Origin: Anaeromyxobacteraceae bacterium
GTDB lineage: Bacteria > Myxococcota > Myxococcia > Myxococcales > Anaeromyxobacteraceae
Reading direction: 5' to 3'
Length of the DNA stretch: 64,000 nt
Assembly (NCBI GenBank): GCA_047602405.1
Contig: JASGHJ010000001.1
Span: forward strand, 1,344,001 to 1,408,000
Part shown: piece after piece, positions 1 to 10,499 of the stretch
How the letters are laid out: every line of letters starts with the position of its first letter
How positions within the stretch are numbered: position 1 is the first letter of the stretch
Notes under the pieces: model-generated
What the model saw: the letters and a program-made list of their open reading frames with translations, nothing else
Databases searched by the model: none
What the model was told of the DNA's origin: nothing
Program-made: the position numbers and the translations under genes

Positions 1-1
1 C

Positions 2-61
2 GAGATCGAGAAGCTGGTACGCTCCAGGGTCGAGGAGCTCATGCGGGAGCTGGGAGGCTAG
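2..61 (+). CDS. 3' end of an upstream gene (partial, ...EIEKLVRSRVEELMRELGG*)
   Basis: Open frame with GC-rich third positions ending at TAG 59-61, 4 nt before the ROK start. Confidence 0.6.
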   Translation, partial: EIEKLVRSRVEELMRELGG

Positions 62-65
62 ACGG

Positions 66-1025
66 GTGGGACGGCTCGCGATCGGCGTGGACCTGGGCGG
101 GACGAACGCGCGCGCGGCGGTGGTCGACGCCGACACCGGCGAGATCGTGTCCGCGCACAAGGAGCCCCTGCACGATCGCGCCCCGCTCTCCGTGGTCCGG
201 GTGGTGAAGGGCGCGGTGGAGCAGGCGGCCCGCTCGGCCGGCATCCCGGTGGCGGGCTCGGTGGGCGTCGGCGTCGCCGGCCAGTGCCTCGGCCGGACCG
301 GCGTGGTGCTGAACGCCCCGAACCTCGGCTGGCGCGACGTCGCCTTCGGCGACCTCCTCTCGGTGGCGCTCGGCGTCCCGGTGCGGATCGCGAACGACCT
401 CTCGGTCGCCGCCTGGGGCGAGAAGTGCTTCGGCGCGGCGCGCGGGCTCGACGAGGTCGCGCTCGTGTTCGTCGGCTCCGGCGTCGGCTCCGGGCTCATC
501 CTCGGCGGCCGCCTCCACAACGGCGCCACCGGCGTCGCGGCGGAGTTCGGGCACATCAAGGTGCGGCCCGCGCGCCTCACGACCCGCGCGCGGGTGTGCG
601 GCTGCGGCGAGACCGGCTGCCTCGAGGCGTACACCTCCGGCATGAACGTCGCCGCGCGCGTGCGCGAGGAGCTCGCGGCGGGCGCCGTCACGAAGGTGCG
701 GGACCTCGCCGGCGGCGACCTCGCGCGCGTGAACGCCTCGCTCGTGGACGACGCGGCGCGCGCCGGCGACCCCTACGCCCGGGAGCTCTGGGACGAGGTC
801 GGCGAGCTCCTCGGCACCGCGATCGCGAACCTGGTGACCCTCCTCAACCCTTCCCGGCTGATCCTGGGCGGCGGCGTCCTCCTGGGGGCCCCGACCCTCG
901 CCGGGCTCGTCCGCGGGCACATCGACGCCCATGTCTCGCGCTCCGCCGCTCGTGCACTCACGGTGGAGCGCGCCGGGCTCGGCGACGACGCCGGCGTGAT
1001 CGGCGCCGCCGTGCTCGACGGCTGA
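66..1025 (+). CDS. ROK family sugar kinase (glucokinase-like)
   Basis: GVDLGGT ATP motif, AND..AAWGE, GSGVGSG, AEFGH and CGCGETGCLE zinc motif. Confidence 0.93.
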   Translation: MGRLAIGVDLGGTNARAAVVDADTGEIVSAHKEPLHDRAPLSVVRVVKGAVEQAARSAGIPVAGSVGVGVAGQCLGRTGVVLNAPNLGWRDVAFGDLLSVALGVPVRIANDLSVAAWGEKCFGAARGLDEVALVFVGSGVGSGLILGGRLHNGATGVAAEFGHIKVRPARLTTRARVCGCGETGCLEAYTSGMNVAARVREELAAGAVTKVRDLAGGDLARVNASLVDDAARAGDPYARELWDEVGELLGTAIANLVTLLNPSRLILGGGVLLGAPTLAGLVRGHIDAHVSRSAARALTVERAGLGDDAGVIGAAVLDG

Positions 1026-1234
1026 ACCCTGGTATTCGCTGCTTTCCCAGGCATCCTCGGTCCGTGAACGCATACCCGTGGTGCGATATGCGCGCGCCGC
1101 ATGTCGTACGGTGGGTGACAGTCTCGGAGCGTATCGATCACGGCGCGTGAAGTGGACTCATCCGATCCGGCCCACTGCGTCAGGCACCCGGTTGGATCGC
1201 TCGGCAGATCGGGACGATCGCGGATGAGAAAAAG

Positions 1235-1277
1235 GCGTGTCGCTTCCTTGACGAGCTTGATCGCGACACGCTAACCT
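1235..1277 (+). promoter_or_regulatory. Putative sigma70 promoter TTGACG-N18-TAACCT with inverted repeat GCGTGTCGC-N19-GCGACACGC flanking the -35
   Basis: TTGACG 1248-1253, TAACCT 1272-1277; repeat arms at 1235-1243 and 1263-1271. Confidence 0.55.
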
Positions 1278-1344
1278 CCGTCGCAGTTGTCCATTCTTGA
1301 AAGTCCATCGACTTCGAATGGACGTTCCGAGGAGGGAACACCAG

Positions 1345-1410
1345 ATGGCGAAGAAGACCGCGAAGAAGAAGGCCACCAAGAAGAAGGGCGCGAAGAAGGG
1401 CAAGAAGTAG
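1345..1410 (+). CDS. Lysine-rich micro-protein MAKKTAKKKATKKKGAKKGKK (21 aa), absent from the ORF track
   Basis: SD GAGGAGGG at 1329-1336, ATG 1345, TAG 1408-1410, all codons G/C-ending, flanked by promoter and terminator. Confidence 0.75.
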   Translation: MAKKTAKKKATKKKGAKKGKK

Positions 1411-1434
1411 CTTCTCGCACCAACGTGGTTCGCC

Positions 1435-1464
1435 GCGGCCGCCTCCGGGCGGCCGCTGCATTTT
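1435..1464 (+). terminator. Probable intrinsic terminator of the micro-gene
   Basis: Stem GCGGCCGCC-TCCG-GGCGGCCGC (1435-1456) followed by TGCATTTT. Confidence 0.65.
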
Positions 1465-1500
1465 CGGGCTCCGGTCCGCTCGCCCTCTGCCCTGTCGCTC

Positions 1501-1569
1501 GTCCTTCGACTTCGTTCATCCTGAGCGTAGCCGCCGAAGGCGGCGGAGTCGAAGGACTCAGGATGAGCG
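1501..1569. repeat. REP-like palindromic element, family A
   Basis: GTCCTTCGACTTCG/CGGAGTCGAAGGAC and CGTTCATCCTGAG/CTCAGGATGAGCG interleaved inverted repeats around a GCCGCC-GAA-GGCGGC hairpin; related units at 10500-10620. Confidence 0.7.
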
Positions 1570-1587
1570 GCCAAGAGGTTGCCCGGA

Positions 1588-3114
1588 ATGTCACTCGACG
1601 CCAGAGAGCTCGCCGCGATCGTCGCGGAGCTCGCCCCGCTCGCGGGCGCGCGGCTCTCCGAGGTGCGGGTCCACGCCGAGCGGGCGCTGACGCTCGAGCT
1701 CGCGACGCCGGCGGGCGCGGTCCACCTCCTCCTCTCCGCGGAGCCCGACGTCACCCGGCTCCACGTCGCGACCCGGCGGCCGCCGCGGCTCGACGAGCCG
1801 CTCGCCTTCCAGGTCGTGCTCCGCCGGGAGCTCGCCGGCGCGCGCCTCACGGCGGTCGACCTCGCCCCGGGCGACCGGGTGGTCTCGCTCGTCTTCGCCG
1901 CGGCGGGCGGCGAGCGCCGCCTCGTCGCCGAGCTGACCGGGCGCCACGGCAACCTCGTCCTCGTCGGCGCCGACGGCCTCGTGCTCGCGACCGCGGGCCG
2001 GAACCTGTCGCAGCGGCGCGAGCTCGTGCCGGGGAAGCCGTACGCGGCTGCGTCTCCGGGGGGCTCGGCGCCCCCCGCCCCGTCGAGCGAGGCTCGCCCG
2101 GGCCCCACCCCCGCCGGGCAGCGCCCCGGCCCCGTCGGGCCCGACCGCGGCCGCTTCGCGCCCGACCCCGCCTCGGCGTTCCCCCTCTCGGCGGCGGTCG
2201 AGCGCCACTACCTCGCCGTCGAGGAGGAGCGCCGGCTCCAGGAGGCCCGCAAGCGCCTGCGGGAGCCGCTCCGCGCCGGCGCGGCCCGCCTCGGGCGCGC
2301 GCTCGAGAAGCTCGCCGACGAGGCCGCGCGCGTGCCCGCCGCCGAGGAGGACCGCCGGGTCGCCGACCTCCTCAAGACGAACCTCCACCGCGTGAAGCGC
2401 GGCATGGCCTCGGTGACGGTGACCGAGTGGACGGCGGAGGGCCCCCGGGAGGTCACGGTGGGCCTCGACCCCGCGCTCACCCCGCAGGCCAACATGGAGC
2501 GCGCCTACCGGCGCTACCGGCGCATCGTCGAGAGCGCGGCGCGCGTCGCGGCCCGCACCGCCGAGGTCGAGGCGAAGCTCGTCGCCGTGCGCGCGCTCCT
2601 CACCGCGCTCGACGGCGCGGCCCACGAGGACCTGCCGCGGCTCGAGCGCGAGGCGAGGCGGCTCGGCGCCGGGCCCCGTCCGCCGCCTCGCCCGAGGAAG
2701 CGCCGCGACGACGCGCCCGCGCTCCCCTACCGCGCCTTCCGCTCGCTCGCGGGCGTCGCGATCCTGGTCGGCAGGGGCGCCGCCCAGAACGACGCGCTCC
2801 GCAACCGGCACGCGCGCGGCAACGACCTCTGGCTGCACGCCCGCGGCGTGCCCGGCTCCCACGTCATCGTGCGGATGGGGAAGGGCACCGGCCCCGACCA
2901 GGAGACGCTCCTCGACGCGGCGCACCTCGCGGCCCACTTCTCCGACGCCCGCGGCGCGCCGCTCGTCGAGGTGGCCTGGACCCGGGTGAAGTACGTGAAG
3001 AAGCCGAAGGGCGCCGCGCCGGGCGCCGTCGAGTACCACCAGGAGAAGGTGCTCCCCCTCCGCGCCGAGCCCGGTCGCGTCGAGCGCCTGCTCGCCGAAG
3101 AAGAGACCACCTGA
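1588..3114 (+). CDS. rqcH: NFACT family ribosome quality-control protein (RqcH/FbpA/Rqc2)
   Basis: N-terminal NFACT-N motifs (DRVV, LVAELTGRHGNLVLV), coiled coil, LDPALTPQANMERAYRRY, C-terminal NFACT-R (ILVGR..QND, DLWLHARGVPGSHV); start placed at ATG 1588. Confidence 0.88.
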   Translation: MSLDARELAAIVAELAPLAGARLSEVRVHAERALTLELATPAGAVHLLLSAEPDVTRLHVATRRPPRLDEPLAFQVVLRRELAGARLTAVDLAPGDRVVSLVFAAAGGERRLVAELTGRHGNLVLVGADGLVLATAGRNLSQRRELVPGKPYAAASPGGSAPPAPSSEARPGPTPAGQRPGPVGPDRGRFAPDPASAFPLSAAVERHYLAVEEERRLQEARKRLREPLRAGAARLGRALEKLADEAARVPAAEEDRRVADLLKTNLHRVKRGMASVTVTEWTAEGPREVTVGLDPALTPQANMERAYRRYRRIVESAARVAARTAEVEAKLVAVRALLTALDGAAHEDLPRLEREARRLGAGPRPPPRPRKRRDDAPALPYRAFRSLAGVAILVGRGAAQNDALRNRHARGNDLWLHARGVPGSHVIVRMGKGTGPDQETLLDAAHLAAHFSDARGAPLVEVAWTRVKYVKKPKGAAPGAVEYHQEKVLPLRAEPGRVERLLAEEETT

Positions 3115-3183
3115 CCGCCTGCCCGGCCGGGTGAGAGGGCGGCCCTTGATGGGCGCGCGCCGGGCCGCTGTAGAATCCCGCGC

Positions 3184-3933
3184 GTGACGAAGCAGCAGGC
3201 CTCCCGCCAGCTCGCCCTGTTCGAGCCGGGCCGCACCCGCGAGACGCGCGCCTCCGCGCTCGAGCTCGCCGACACCCTCTCCGGGCTCCTGGGCGAGCGC
3301 GTGCGCCTCACCGTGCACGACAACCGCTCGACGATGGTCTCGTTCCGCCGGGAGGAGGGCGAGCTGCAGTACCGGGTGCACCACATGTTCCTCGAGGCGC
3401 CCGGCGAGGTGGTCGACGCGCTCGCGAGCTTCGCGGGGGGCCAGCGCCAGCCGCGCGGCGCCCGCAAGCGGGCCGGCCAGAAGATCGACGCCTTCGTGCG
3501 CCAGCACCGCGCGCGCATCGCGCCGCCCGACCTCGAGGGGCTGCAGCCGCGGGGGCGGGTCCACGACCTCGAGGCGATCTTCGACGCCCTGAACGCCCGC
3601 TGGTTCGAGAACCGGATCGAGGCCCGCATCGGCTGGGGCCCCGTCCGGCTCGGGCGCCGGCGCCGCACCGTGAAGACCGGCGTCTACGTCCACGACGGGA
3701 AGCTCATCCGCATCCACCCGACGCTCGACCGCCCCGAGGTGCCGGAGTTCTACGTCGCCGCGGTCGTCTTCCACGAGATGCTCCACCAGGCGGTGCCCGC
3801 GCGCGAGGTGAACGGCCGGCGCATCGTGCACGGCCCCGACTTTCGCCGTCTCGAGCGCGCCTACCCGGACCACGAGCGGGCCCGCCAGTGGGAGGAGCGC
3901 AACCTGGGGCTGCTCCTCTCCTCTCCCGCCTAG
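3184..3933 (+). CDS. SprT-like/M48-like zinc metallopeptidase-domain protein
   Basis: IRIHPTLD...VVFHEMLH (HExxH) ...HGPDFRRLE; TAGAAT -10 element 7 nt before the GTG. Confidence 0.7.
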   Translation: MTKQQASRQLALFEPGRTRETRASALELADTLSGLLGERVRLTVHDNRSTMVSFRREEGELQYRVHHMFLEAPGEVVDALASFAGGQRQPRGARKRAGQKIDAFVRQHRARIAPPDLEGLQPRGRVHDLEAIFDALNARWFENRIEARIGWGPVRLGRRRRTVKTGVYVHDGKLIRIHPTLDRPEVPEFYVAAVVFHEMLHQAVPAREVNGRRIVHGPDFRRLERAYPDHERARQWEERNLGLLLSSPA

Positions 3934-3992
3934 AACCGGGCGCGCGGGCCCGACCTGGGCCATGATGGAGATCCCAAGCCGCGCGGATCTCC

Positions 3993-5954
3993 ATGCCCCG
4001 CACCTCCGTCACCCTCGCCGCGCTCGTCCTCCTCGCGCTCGCCTCGCCGGGGTGCCTGTGGAGCCGCGGCACGCCGGAGGAGCCGATTGTCTCCCGGCTC
4101 GAGCTCCGCGGGGTGAAGCGGTTCGACCCGGACGAGGTCGCCGCCGTGCTCGCGACGCGCGGCCCGGAGGCGCAGCTCTTCCCGCCCCGGAAGATCGGCT
4201 ACCGGCTCGACCCCGACGCGCTCGCGGTGGACGCACGCCGGGTGGAGGCCTGGTACCGCGACCGCGGGTACTTCGGCGCGAAGGTGGGCGGCGTCGAGGT
4301 GGTGCCGGACGGGGCGGGGCGGGCGAAGGTCGTCATGACCGTGAAGGAGGGCGACCCGGTCAAGGTGCGCTCCGTCGCGATGGACGGCCTCCGGGAGGCG
4401 CCCGAGGCGATGGAGCGGCTGGGGCGGGCTCCGCTCGAGGTCGGGGACGTCTTCAGCGTGGCGGCGTACGACGCCACGCGGGACGCGATCCTCTCCGCGC
4501 TGAAGGGCACCGGCTGGCCGACGGCCGAGGTGACCCAGCGCGCGCGGGTGCTGCCCGACGAGGGCGCGGTCGAGGTCACCTACGAGGTGAAGCCCGGCCC
4601 GCGGCTCCGCTTCGGGCCCATCTTCGTCGCCGGCACCTCCGCCGTGTCGCGCGCGCTCATCCGCGACCAGGCCACCGCCGACGTGAAGACCGGAGAGTGG
4701 TACGACGCCCGGAAGCTCGAGCTCGCGCAGGCCCGGGTGTTCGCCCTGGGCGTCTTCTCGGGCGTGCGGGTGACGACCGGCGCGCCCACGCCGGGCGAGG
4801 CCGCGGTGCCCGTCGTGATCGCCGTGCGCGAGGCGCCGTTCCGCACGCTCCGCCTCGGCCCGAGCATCGGCATCGAGACCACGCGCTGGGAGGCGCGGGG
4901 CGTCGCGGGCTGGACGCACCGGAACTTCGGCGGCGACCTGCGCCGGGTCAGCGTCGACGGGCGGGTGGGCTACGCGTGGCTGCCGACCGCGCTCTCGGCG
5001 GCCCGCAACCCGAACGCCGACGGCGTGCGCGTCGGCTGGGTCGGTGAGCTCGCGCTCGAGTACGCGCAGCCGGCCGCGTTCACGCGCTACGTCGACACGA
5101 GCGCGAAGCTCGACGTCGAGAAGGGCATCGAGCTCGCGTACCGGTTCTGGGCGCAGCGGCTCCAGCTCGGCCTCCCGCTGCGCTTCTCGCCGCGCTGGAC
5201 GCTCGTGCCCTCCTACAACGTCGAGGTCTACGAGCTCTCCGACGTCCCCTCCGGCGACTCCACGAGCCAGCGGCCCGTGCTCGAGAACTGCCCGAACACG
5301 GTCTGCCTCCTCTCGTACCTCGAGCAGCGGATCGCGTTCGACCACCGCGACAGCCCGGTCGAGACCCGCAGCGGCTTCTACGCCGCCATCGCCGTGCAGG
5401 AGGGCGTGAACCTCGGCGGCTACGGCTACCGGTACCTGCGCGTCCTGCCCGAGCTGCGCGGCTTCGTGCCGCTCGGCCCGCGCACCGTGGTGGCGGGGCG
5501 GGCGCGCGGCGGGGCGCTCGTGCCGGTGAACGAGAACGGCAACCCGCCCATCGTCGCCCGCTTCTTCGCCGGCGGGCCGAGCTCGAACCGCGGCTTCACG
5601 ACCCGCGGGCTCTCGCCGATGGAGAACGGCGTGCCCATCGGCGGGAACGGCCTGCTCGAGGGCTCGCTGGAGCTGCGCCAGGGGCTCCTCGGCGCGCTCT
5701 CCGGCGTGCTGTTCACGGACGTGGGGCGCGTGCTCGGGTCGGGCGGCGCGCCGAGCGCGTACCAGGAGGTGCTCGACGTCTCTCGCCTCGAGCTCGCGGT
5801 GGGCGGCGGGCTACGCTACGCGACCCCCTTCGGGCCGGTGCGGCTCGACGTGGGCCTCAGGCCCCGCCGTTTCACCGAGGTGCACGGCTTCCGGAGCCTC
5901 TTCGGCGGGCAGTTCCCCGGCGCGGTGCACATCTCGATCGGGGAGGCGTTCTGA
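3993..5954 (+). CDS. tamA: Omp85 family protein TamA/BamA (POTRA domains + beta-barrel)
   Basis: Signal peptide (possible lipobox PGC), POTRA-like repeats, RFFAGG..SNRGF, GLRYATPFGPVRLDVG, C-terminal ISIGEAF; coupled to tamB. Confidence 0.85.
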   Translation: MPRTSVTLAALVLLALASPGCLWSRGTPEEPIVSRLELRGVKRFDPDEVAAVLATRGPEAQLFPPRKIGYRLDPDALAVDARRVEAWYRDRGYFGAKVGGVEVVPDGAGRAKVVMTVKEGDPVKVRSVAMDGLREAPEAMERLGRAPLEVGDVFSVAAYDATRDAILSALKGTGWPTAEVTQRARVLPDEGAVEVTYEVKPGPRLRFGPIFVAGTSAVSRALIRDQATADVKTGEWYDARKLELAQARVFALGVFSGVRVTTGAPTPGEAAVPVVIAVREAPFRTLRLGPSIGIETTRWEARGVAGWTHRNFGGDLRRVSVDGRVGYAWLPTALSAARNPNADGVRVGWVGELALEYAQPAAFTRYVDTSAKLDVEKGIELAYRFWAQRLQLGLPLRFSPRWTLVPSYNVEVYELSDVPSGDSTSQRPVLENCPNTVCLLSYLEQRIAFDHRDSPVETRSGFYAAIAVQEGVNLGGYGYRYLRVLPELRGFVPLGPRTVVAGRARGGALVPVNENGNPPIVARFFAGGPSSNRGFTTRGLSPMENGVPIGGNGLLEGSLELRQGLLGALSGVLFTDVGRVLGSGGAPSAYQEVLDVSRLELAVGGGLRYATPFGPVRLDVGLRPRRFTEVHGFRSLFGGQFPGAVHISIGEAF

Positions 5955-8900
5955 TGCGGGCGCTGCGCCTCACGCTCGCGATCATGGGCTGGACGTTCGT
6001 CGTGGCGGCGGCGCTCGCGGGCGTCTCGATCTCGGCGGCCGTGCTCTGGGCGCGCACGCCCGCCGGCCGGGAGATGGTCGCCTCGCAGGTGGTCGGCCTC
6101 CTCGACCGGCAGCTCGCCGGGCGGTTCACGCTCGGCAGCGTGGGCGTCCTGCCCGGCGGCGAGGTGGAGCTCCGCGACCTCAAGGTCTACGACCCCGACG
6201 AGCGCCTCGTGCTCGAGGTGGGCCGCGCCTCGGTGGGCGCCGACGTGACGCGCCTGCGGGCGCGGGTCGTCGCCGTCTCGCTCGAGCTCGACGGCGCGAA
6301 GGTGCTGCTCGACGAGGGCGAGGACGGGAGCCTCTCGCTGGCGCGCGCCTTCGCGCCGACCGAGCCCCCGGCGCCGGACGCGCCCTCCGCCGGGCCCACC
6401 TTCACGATCCGGGTGAACCGCCTCGCGCTCCGCGACGGCTCGGTCTGGTGGCGCGCGGCGGACGGTGCGACGCGGCTCGACGCCCGCGGCCTCGCGATCG
6501 ACGGGCGCGGCGCGTACGGGCCCGGGCTCGCCGAGCTCGACCTCGCCGCGCGGGCGCAGGTGGACGTGCCGGTGGAGGCGCCGTTCGAGCTCGGGGTGCG
6601 GGCGGCGCGCGACGCCGACCGGCTCTGGCTGCCGGTGCTCAGGGCCCGGCTCGGGGCGACGGCGCTCGAGGCGCTCGGGGAGGGCGACCTCGCGAAGGGG
6701 AGCGGGAGGCTCGCGGTGACCCGGCTCGCCGTCGACCGGGGCCAGGCGCGCGCGCTCGCGCCGGCGGCGGGCGACGGCGCGGAATCTCGGCGCGCGGGCG
6801 TACGCGGAGACCGACGGGAAGCTCGCGACCGCCGCCGTCGTCGTCGCGCCCGCCGGCGCGGGGGGCTCGGCGCGGGCGGCGGTGGCGGCGCGTCCGGGCG
6901 ACCTCGTCTCGGGCGCCACGCCGGCCGCCGGGCTCGACCTCGCGCTCGAGGGGCTCGACCCCTCCCGGCTCCTCGCGGCGCTGCCGGAGGGCGCGGTCAC
7001 GCTCTCCGCCCACGGCGGCGCCGCCGGCACCTCGCTCGACGACCTCCGCGGCCAGCTCGAGGCCCGCCTCGAGCGGTCCACGCTCCGGGGCGTCGCGATC
7101 GGTCCGGGCGACGTGAAGGCGAGGGCGGACCGCGGGGACGTGGACGTCTCCCGGATCGTGCTCGCCGCGCCGGGGGTCGCGATCGACGGCGCGGGCCGGT
7201 GGCGAAGGAAGGGGAGCGTGTCCGGACGGCTCACCGTGGATGCCGCCGACCTCGCCGCGGCCGCTGGCGCCGCGGCCCGGCTCTCCGGCCGCCCCGTCCC
7301 GCCCGCGTCCGGCTCCGTCCGGCTCGACGCCACCGTGTCCGGCACCGGGCAGGCCCCGGCCCTGTCCGGCACGCTCGCCTCGCCGGCGCTCGCCTGGGAC
7401 GGCACCACGGTGCGCGGCCTGCACGCCCGCGTGAGCGCCGCGGGGCCCGCGAGCGCCGCCCGCGGCGCCGTCGAGCTCACCGCCGACGCGCTGCGCAGCG
7501 GCGCCGAGGATCTGGCCCGCAAGCTCGGCCTCACCGCGCGCCTCGAGGGCGACGAGGCGAGCGTGTCCGGCACCGCCGTGGTGCCCTCGCTCGGCGCCCA
7601 GCCGGTGGCCCTCTCGGGACGCGGCACGCTCGACGGCAGGCGCGAGAAGCTCGCGGTGCGGGAGCTCTCGCTCGGCTGGCCCGGGGAGCGCTGGGCGCTC
7701 GCGGCGCCGGCGACGGTGACGCTCGGCGGCCCGTCGGTCGATCGGCTCGAGCTCGAGAGCGGGGACCAGCGGCTCGTCCTCGAGGGCGGCCTCGGGACCT
7801 CCCGCGCCGGCCCGAAGGTGGCCGGGACGGCGCTCGACGCGCGCGTGCAGGCCGTGCGGCTCGACCTCGCGCGGCTGCCGCGGGGCCTCGTGCCGGCGGG
7901 GCTCGGCGGGCGCGCAGAGCTCGACGCCCGCGCGACCGGCACGAGCAGGCGGCCGGTCGCGGCGGCGAGGTTCCGCGTGATCGACGGGACCGCCCAGGGG
8001 TTCGACGGGCTCGGCGCCCAGGGCGAGCTCGGCTGGGACGGCCGCGAGGGGCGCGCCCGGGTCACCGCGCAGCTCACCCGCAAGCAGGGCGGGCGCGTCG
8101 AGGTGAGCGCGGACCTGCCCGTGCCGCTCGCCCGGCGCCGCCCGGAGCCGGTCTCCGTGTGGGTGACGGCCGAGGCGCTCCCGCTCGCCGAGGCGCTCCT
8201 CGCGGCCGGCGAGGACCTCCCGCTGGACGGGAGGCTCGCGGCGTCGCTCCGCCTCCAGGGCACGACCGCGGACCCCGCGCTCACGGCCGAGGTGAGCCTC
8301 GCCGACGGCGTGTGGGACGACCTCTACCCGCTCGAGGGCAAGGTCGCGCTCGCCGCGCCCGGCGATCGCGCCGCGCTCGACGCGACGCTCGTGGTGGACG
8401 GTGGCCGGGCGCTCACCGCGCACGCCGAGCTCCCGCTCGACCTCGCCGAGGCCCTGGCGCGCCCGGCGGCGGTGGCCGAGAAGCTCCCGAGGGCGCCGCT
8501 CCGCGCGGAGGTCACGGTCCCCTCGTTCGATCTCCTCCTCCTCGCCGGCGCGGTCGGCGTGCCCCGCGATCTGACCGGCACGCTCGACGGCGCGGCCCAC
8601 CTCGAGGGCACGCTCGAGGCGCCGCGCGGCACGATCGGCGCCGAGGTGCAGCGGGTCGCCCTCGCCGGCTACCGCGAGCTCGCCGCGCGCGCGGAGGTCC
8701 GGCTGCTCGGGGACCAGGTGGCGCTGCAGGCCACCGCCTCCGTCGCGGGTGCCGAGCTGCTGCGCGCGAAGGGCTCGCTCGCGGGCGCGCCCGAGCGGCT
8801 CGCGCGGCCCGGGGCGCTCGCGAAGGCGAGGGTGACGCTGCACGCGGAGGTGCCCACGGTGGACCTCTCCCGTGCCTCCTCGGCCGACGTCGCCCTCGGG

Positions 8901-10487
8901 GGCGTGCTCGCCGGCACCGCCGACCTCGAGGGCACCCTCGCGGCGCCGGCGCTCACGGCGTCCATCTCCGGCACCGACCTCACGGTCCAGGGGAAGCCGC
9001 TCGGCGCGCTCGACGCCGGCGCGACCCACGAGGCCGGCAAGACCGAGCTCATGGCGCGCCTGCGCCCGCGCACGGGCGGCGAGCTCCGGGCGGTCGGCAC
9101 CGTGACCGCGCGGCTCGGGCTCGGCGCGAAGGACGACCTCGCGCAGGCGCCCGTGGACGCGCGCCTGGTGGCCGAGGGCGTGGACCTCGGCTTCCTGCCC
9201 GCCGCGGCGCCGGGCGTCGTGCGCGAGGCGCAGGGGAAGCTCGAGGGCGAGGTGCGCGCGCTGGGCCCGCTCTCGAGGCCCAGCCCCCGCGGCCGGCTCA
9301 CCGTGAAGGACGCGCGCCTCGCCGTGGCGGAGTACGGCGACTGGAGCGGCATCGCCGTCGACGTCGAGGTGAACGACGACGCCGTCGAGCTCAGGCAGCT
9401 CGAGGCGCACCGCGGGAAGGGCAAGCTCGTCGCGAAGGGCTCGGTGCGCGGGCTCGCGGGCCGGGCCGCCACCATCCAGGCGAGCGCCGAGCTCGATCGG
9501 CTCACGGTCGCGCGCGCCGGCATGGACCTCGCGACGTTCGACATGAAGCTCTCGGCCACCGGGAGCTACGCGGGCGGCACGGCCGAGGTCGAGGTGAAGC
9601 TGCCGGGCGGCACGGTGACGCTGCCGAGGAAGCTGCCGCGCTCGCTCCAGTCGCTCGAGCAGCGCCCGGACATCGTGGTCGGCCGCCAGCGGGAGCGGAA
9701 GAAGCCCCCGCGCCCGAAGGCCGGGCCGGGGGCGCCCGCGCGGCCGGGCGAGGCGCCGCTCCGGGTGGTGGTGCACGCCGCGGTGCCGGGCCAGCTCTTC
9801 GTGAAGGGCGACGATCCGCGCGTGAACGTGGAGCTCAAGGCCGACGTCACCTACGAGCTCGTCGGCGGCGAGGACTACGCCTCGGGCGAGGTGACCGTGA
9901 TCCGCGGCTTCGTCGAGCCCATCGGCGGCCGGCTCTTCGAGCTCGCCCGCGGCAGCGTGCAGTTCACGGGCGGGCCGCCCACCGCCGCGCTGCTCGACGT
10001 CGAGGCCCACTGGGAGAGCGCCGACCGGTACAAGGTCACGGTGAACGTCTCCGGCCCCATGCTCGAGCCGCAGGTGAAGCTCTCGTCGCAGCCGGCGCTG
10101 GAGGACGCGCAGATCGCGCTCCTCATCGCGACCGGGCGCACGGAGCTCAAGCGTGGGTCGGGCGAGGTGGGCTCGCTGACCGCGACCGACGCGGCGTCGA
10201 AGGCGCTCGGGGTGGTGGTCTCGAGCGCGTTCAAGAACATGCTGCAGAACAAGCTGCCCATCGACACCCTGTCCTTCGACGCGACCTCGGTGCAGGCGGG
10301 CACGTACCTGCCGAACTCGAAGATCTACATCGGCTACACGTACCGGTTCGACGCCGCGATCGACAAGGGCCAGAACCAGAACGAGGTGTCGGTCGAGTAC
10401 CAGATCACCCCGCGCTGGACGCTGGAGTCGCGCTACGGCGACGGGCAATCCGGCTCGGCGTCGCTGATCTGGTCCAGGGATTACTGA
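5954..10487 (+). CDS. tamB: TamB (translocation and assembly module), about 1510 aa, split by a +1 frameshift at about 6783
   Basis: N-terminal TM anchor in ORF 5954; beta-rich body and DUF490-like end (VEYQITPRWTLES...LIWSRDY) in ORF 6882; removing one A from GGAATCTC (6781-6788) joins the two frames. Confidence 0.85.
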
Positions 10488-10499
10488 GCTTCACGGGGG

